DNA from: an uncultured Bacillota bacterium
GTDB lineage: Bacteria; Bacillota_I; Bacilli_A; RF39; UBA660
DNA length: 64,000 bases
Direction of reading: 5' to 3'
Assembly: GCA_948466255.1 (NCBI GenBank)
Contig: CAOJZV010000005.1
Coordinates: 1,155 to 65,154, forward strand
Shown here: one piece after another, positions 59,926 to 64,000 of the stretch
How positions within the stretch are numbered: position 1 is the first letter of the stretch
How the letters are laid out: the number at the start of each line of letters is the position of its first letter
Position numbers and translations under genes: made by a program
Notes under the pieces: generated by a model
The model's database searches: none
What the model saw: the letters and a program-made list of their open reading frames with translations, nothing else
Told to the model about the DNA's origin: nothing

Positions 59926-61203
59926 TTGCTAGAAAATATAAAAGCAGTCCTTTGGGCTATTGTAACAGTACTAATAATAGTAAATGGAATATATTTTAGT
60001 TTAAAATTGAAATTTCCACAGTTAAATTTTATAAAAATAAAAAAATCATTAAAAAGCGAAAATAAACAAGGAATAAGTCCAATAAAAACTTTATTTTTAA
60101 CATTAGCAGGAAGAATAGGTGTTGGAAGTATAGCCGGTGTAGCTCTTGCAATATATATAGGAGGCCCAGGTACTATTTTTTGGATGTGGGTTATTGCCAT
60201 AATATCAGGAGTACTTGCATATACAGAAACACTCTTATCAATAAAATATAAAGATATAAAAAATAATATAGGTGGGCCCTCACACTATATAAAAAAAGGT
60301 TTAAACAAAAAAAATTTAGCTATAACTTATTCAGTAATAGTAATAATTGCCTATTTGATAGGATTTATTCCAATTCAATCAAATACTATAGTAAAATCGG
60401 TAGATATGATAGAGAAAACAAATCATATTATAATCGGAATTATATTAGCAGCCATATCTTTTTTAATAATAAAAGGTGGAATTAATAAAATATCAAATGT
60501 TACAGATAAATTAGTCCCATTAATGTCGATAATATACGTAAGTATGGCATTATTCACAATAATAACCAATATAGAAAAATTTCCAGTCGTTATAAATAAC
60601 ATATTAGTAGAAGCTTTTAATTTAAAACCATTTTTAACAGGTTTTATTCCGGTAGTATTAATTGGCGTTCAAAGAGCAATCTTTTCAAATGAATCAGGAA
60701 TAGGATTAGGTGGTATTGCTGCAAGCGCATCCAATAGCACAAATGGAACTAAAAGTGGATATATTCAAGTTCTAGGTATATATATAACAACAATTATTAT
60801 TTGTACAGCTACTGCTTTTATGATTTTAATTTTTGATTATCAAAATGTAATTATAGATAACCCAAATGGTATTGAATTAACCTCTTTAGCTTTTAATCAT
60901 CATTTCGGGAATATAGGAAACATATTACTAGTTTTATGTATATTAATGTTTTCATTTTCAACTATTTTAACAGGATATTATTACTGTGAATCCAGTCTAA
61001 AATTTATTTTTAAAAAAATAAACACTAAAATAATAAAAATTTTAACCCCTTTAAGCATATTAATTGGAACAATTACATCCCCAACCACAATTTGGAGTAT
61101 GGTAGATATATTAGTAGGCATTCTCGCAATTATAAACATATATGCAATGGTAAAATTAAAAAAAGAAATTATGAATTATCACAATAAAAAAGAAAACTCT
61201 TAA
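59926..61203 (+). CDS. alanine/glycine:cation symporter (AGCS family)
   Basis: TLFLTLAGRIGVGSIAGVALAIYIGGPGTIFWMWV is an AGCS N-terminal signature; TTG start after GGTGAT; 425 aa polytopic. Confidence 0.75.
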   Translation: MLENIKAVLWAIVTVLIIVNGIYFSLKLKFPQLNFIKIKKSLKSENKQGISPIKTLFLTLAGRIGVGSIAGVALAIYIGGPGTIFWMWVIAIISGVLAYTETLLSIKYKDIKNNIGGPSHYIKKGLNKKNLAITYSVIVIIAYLIGFIPIQSNTIVKSVDMIEKTNHIIIGIILAAISFLIIKGGINKISNVTDKLVPLMSIIYVSMALFTIITNIEKFPVVINNILVEAFNLKPFLTGFIPVVLIGVQRAIFSNESGIGLGGIAASASNSTNGTKSGYIQVLGIYITTIIICTATAFMILIFDYQNVIIDNPNGIELTSLAFNHHFGNIGNILLVLCILMFSFSTILTGYYYCESSLKFIFKKINTKIIKILTPLSILIGTITSPTTIWSMVDILVGILAIINIYAMVKLKKEIMNYHNKKENS

Positions 61204-61209
61204 GAATTT

Positions 61210-62190
61210 TCAATTTATAGTATAAGGATTATCTTGTGTACCTTTTCCAGATAACTTAATATCAGGGATTAAAAACAAAGTTGGTCTTGCAAAAATTTTA
61301 TTATCAAGAAAGGCTGATGACCATCCATAACACCCACAAGCCTGAATTCCTGTTAATGCCTGTGAGTTTGATTGAATAAGAGGGGTCATAGTCCAAGAAG
61401 GTTCATTATTATATACATAATTATTTAAAGAACATTTAAAATTTTCATGTATATAATCAGCAGTACTAGAAGGGCAATAGTCGTTAGTTGTACTCTGGCA
61501 TGATGAATTATTGCTTGCTCTATAATAATCTCCAACACTGTATAAACCTATTTTTCCATTCCATGTTTCTTTCTTTTCAGCCTGTATTATTTCTTGAAGC
61601 GAGATTTTATGATTAACTGCACCTAAATAAAAATCATGTATTAAAATATATTTTTTATCATCAGCTAAAATAGAATTGTAAAAGGTAGTATTTAAATAAG
61701 TGTTTAAATAAGAATCTTGTGTTACCGTTCCACTACTAGAACCAACAGTATATATACCACTTTTAATATTCCAAGCATTACATCCTCCTGTAGAACTTAA
61801 ATTACAATATGTATTGGTAGATGAAGATCTGTTATTTTTTGGATCAAAAGCAATTGGTCCAATTGATTGCTGTCTAACAATTTTTAATACATCATCTTTT
61901 TCTATTGCCATTATTCTCCATATTTCGTTGTTAAAAGCAATATAATTATCTGGGTTCTCGCCTTTATAAACATATCTTCCTGATTCATATCCATCAGCAT
62001 ATAATCCATCGCCAGAACTAATGATTTTTTTCTTTAGTTGCCATGCAGCATTATAATCTTTAATATTGCCTTTCACATTAATATTTAAATTAGTTTGAAA
62101 AGCTGCATATCCAACCGTCATTATAAATAATAGTGTTAAACTCGATATTATTATTAAACTTCTTTGTTTTTTCCTTCGTCTTCTTTTCAC
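61210..62190 (-). CDS. secreted protein with TasA/camelysin-like (SipW-cognate-like) N-terminus; paralogous signal to the 817-aa protein
   Basis: GTG start after GGGTGA; MKRRRRKKQRS basic, hydrophobic helix, then VGYAAFQTNLNI; Cys-containing S/T/N/Y-rich mature region; no LPXTG. Confidence 0.5.
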   Translation of the reverse strand: MKRRRRKKQRSLIIISSLTLLFIMTVGYAAFQTNLNINVKGNIKDYNAAWQLKKKIISSGDGLYADGYESGRYVYKGENPDNYIAFNNEIWRIMAIEKDDVLKIVRQQSIGPIAFDPKNNRSSSTNTYCNLSSTGGCNAWNIKSGIYTVGSSSGTVTQDSYLNTYLNTTFYNSILADDKKYILIHDFYLGAVNHKISLQEIIQAEKKETWNGKIGLYSVGDYYRASNNSSCQSTTNDYCPSSTADYIHENFKCSLNNYVYNNEPSWTMTPLIQSNSQALTGIQACGCYGWSSAFLDNKIFARPTLFLIPDIKLSGKGTQDNPYTIN

Positions 62191-62226
62191 TAGTAATCAC
62201 CCTAAATAAATTATATGTCGAGTTTC

Positions 62227-62252
62227 TCCACAAGTCAAGACATTTTTGTGGA
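62227..62252. promoter_or_regulatory. candidate operator: inverted repeat TCCACAA-N12-TTGTGGA in the divergent promoter region
   Basis: 7-bp perfect arms between the TasA-like gene and its divergent XRE gene. Confidence 0.3.
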
Positions 62253-62280
62253 ATATTGCGACAATATACTTGGTGATATA

Positions 62281-62517
62281 ATGATAGGTAAAGCAATAAA
62301 AAAGATGCGAAAAGATAGTAATTATAATCAAGAATACATAAGTAAAAAAATAAATGTGGGAAGAACAACTCTCTCAGATTATGAAAGAGAAAAAACAGCT
62401 ATTAATTTTGATTTGATCGAAAAAATAGCTGAGTGCTGTGATTATGAAATAATATTCAAAAATAAAAAAACAAATGAAACTTGGAATACAGAGGACCTTA
62501 AACGAAAAGATATATAG
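62281..62517 (+). CDS. XRE-family HTH transcriptional regulator (paralog of 13172-13405)
   Basis: likely start MIGKAIKKMRK (GGTGAT RBS); C-terminus IEKIAECCDYEIIFKNKKTNETW parallels the paralog's IEKIANEYNYEIYFINKKTNDKF. Confidence 0.7.
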   Translation: MIGKAIKKMRKDSNYNQEYISKKINVGRTTLSDYEREKTAINFDLIEKIAECCDYEIIFKNKKTNETWNTEDLKRKDI

Positions 62518-62589
62518 TATCTTTTTTTAATAAAATGTTTCATATCAAATAAAATATGATAGAATATAAGCAAAAGGCAGGTGCACACC

Positions 62590-63255
62590 ATGATTAATAA
62601 AAAATGGGATGAAGTATTAAAAGAAGAAATGAAAAAGCCATATTTTAAAGATTTAGGGATATTTGTAAAAAATGAATATAATAAAAAAACAATATATCCA
62701 GAATATAAGAATATATTTAATGCCTTAAGATATACTGATTACGATAAAGTAAAAGTAGTAATTTTAGGTCAAGATCCATATCATGGCCCAAATGAAGCCC
62801 ATGGTTTATCTTTTTCTGTAAGGAAAGGCGTAAAAAGACCACCTTCACTTCAAAATATATTTAAAGAACTAAATAACGATTTAGGAATAATTAGAACAAA
62901 CAATGATTTAACAGATTGGGCGAATCAAGGAGTATTTCTTTTAAATGCTATAATGACCGTTGTAAAAGATACACCACTTTCACATAAAGGAAAAGGATGG
63001 GAAACATTTACCGATAATTTAATAAAAATATTAAATCAAAGAGAGGAACCAATAGTATTTATTTTCTGGGGAGCCTATGCAAGAAGTAAAAAAGAATTAA
63101 TTACTAATAAAAATCATTATATAATAGAAAGCCCACATCCATCTCCACTTTCTGCATCCAGGGGATTTTTTGGAAGTAAACCATTTTCAAAAACTAATAA
63201 CTTTTTAGTAAGCAAAGGAATTAAACCAATTAATTGGGGTGATAACAATGAATGA
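62590..63255 (+). CDS. ung: uracil-DNA glycosylase
   Basis: GQDPYHGPNEAHGLSFSV catalytic motif; HPSPLS motif; likely start MINKKWDE. Confidence 0.9.
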   Translation: MINKKWDEVLKEEMKKPYFKDLGIFVKNEYNKKTIYPEYKNIFNALRYTDYDKVKVVILGQDPYHGPNEAHGLSFSVRKGVKRPPSLQNIFKELNNDLGIIRTNNDLTDWANQGVFLLNAIMTVVKDTPLSHKGKGWETFTDNLIKILNQREEPIVFIFWGAYARSKKELITNKNHYIIESPHPSPLSASRGFFGSKPFSKTNNFLVSKGIKPINWGDNNE

Positions 63256-64000
63256 AGCAAAACAAACGCTAAAAGATAATTTAAAAGATGAAACAGTAGT
63301 AGTTGCCTGTTCAGGCGGACCTGATTCAATGACATTATTAAAAATAACTAACGATTTAAAAGAAGAATTAAATCTAAAAATCGTATGTGCTCACGTAAAT
63401 CATAAAATTAGACCAGAAAGCGATGACGAAGCAGTTATGGTGGAAGAGTATTGTAAAGAAAATGGTATATTTTTCGAATATATGACCATCAACAATTATA
63501 ATAACATCAATTTTCATCAAGACGCTAGAATGAAAAGATATGAGTTTTTCAACAAATGTGCAAACAAGTGTAAAGCTGGGCACCTTTTAACCGCTCATCA
63601 CGGTGATGATTTAATGGAAACAATACTAATGAGAATTGTTAGAGGAGGGGCTTTTAAAAGTTATGCTGGATTTGGCGAAAAAATCACAAACAACACATAT
63701 ACAATTTTAAGACCACTTATCCCATATACGAAAAAACAAATATTAAATTACGCTGAAGAAAATAAAATTCCTTATAGTATAGATAATTCAAACGATAAAG
63801 ATGATTATACAAGAAATAGGTTTAGAAAATATATCTTACCAAAACTAAAAGAAGAAGATAAAAACGTTCATAAAAAATTCTATAAGTTTAGTAAAACAAT
63901 AGAGGCCTATGATGAATATATAAATAAAGATGTAGAAAAATTTTATAATAAAATAGTCAAAGATAACATATTAGATTCAAATAAGTTTCAAAATTTAGAA
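63248..64000 (+). CDS. tilS: tRNA(Ile)-lysidine synthase (partial, runs off the window end)
   Basis: PP-loop SGGPDS; LTAHHGDDLMETILMR; overlaps the ung stop by 8 nt. Confidence 0.8.
   Translation, partial: MNEAKQTLKDNLKDETVVVACSGGPDSMTLLKITNDLKEELNLKIVCAHVNHKIRPESDDEAVMVEEYCKENGIFFEYMTINNYNNINFHQDARMKRYEFFNKCANKCKAGHLLTAHHGDDLMETILMRIVRGGAFKSYAGFGEKITNNTYTILRPLIPYTKKQILNYAEENKIPYSIDNSNDKDDYTRNRFRKYILPKLKEEDKNVHKKFYKFSKTIEAYDEYINKDVEKFYNKIVKDNILDSNKFQNLE

Overview
The window is the chromosomal replication-origin region of a very AT-rich (about 28-30% GC) low-GC Firmicute that reads with the standard code and carries sporulation genes (spoIIR, bofA, spoVT, yaaT/ricT). dnaA sits at 30321 with DnaA-box clusters on both sides, which is a bipartite oriC. 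Almost all genes left of oriC (rpmH-rnpA-yidC-jag-mnmE-mnmG-rsmG-parB ... dnaB-rplI) are on the minus strand. Almost all genes to the right (dnaA-dnaN-recF-gyrB-gyrA ... dnaX-recR-holB ... mfd ... metG-ksgA ... ung-tilS) are on the plus strand. Genes that break this co-orientation mark accessory insertions.

The main features are:
- Four clustered copies of the parS centromere palindrome TGTTTCACGTGAAACA between gyrA and a small SRP RNA. They are paired with an unusually long (640 aa) ParB that has no ParA partner.
- A ComK-like gene between dnaN and recF.
- A Met-type T-box leader in front of a dut-DHH-metG operon.
- Two paralogous modules, each a small XRE/SinR-like repressor divergent from a secreted protein with a TasA/camelysin-like signal.
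- An Rpn/PD-(D/E)XK transposase-like gene.
- A gene downstream of uvrB that looks disrupted at an A6 homopolymer.

I found no CRISPR array, rRNA or tRNA.
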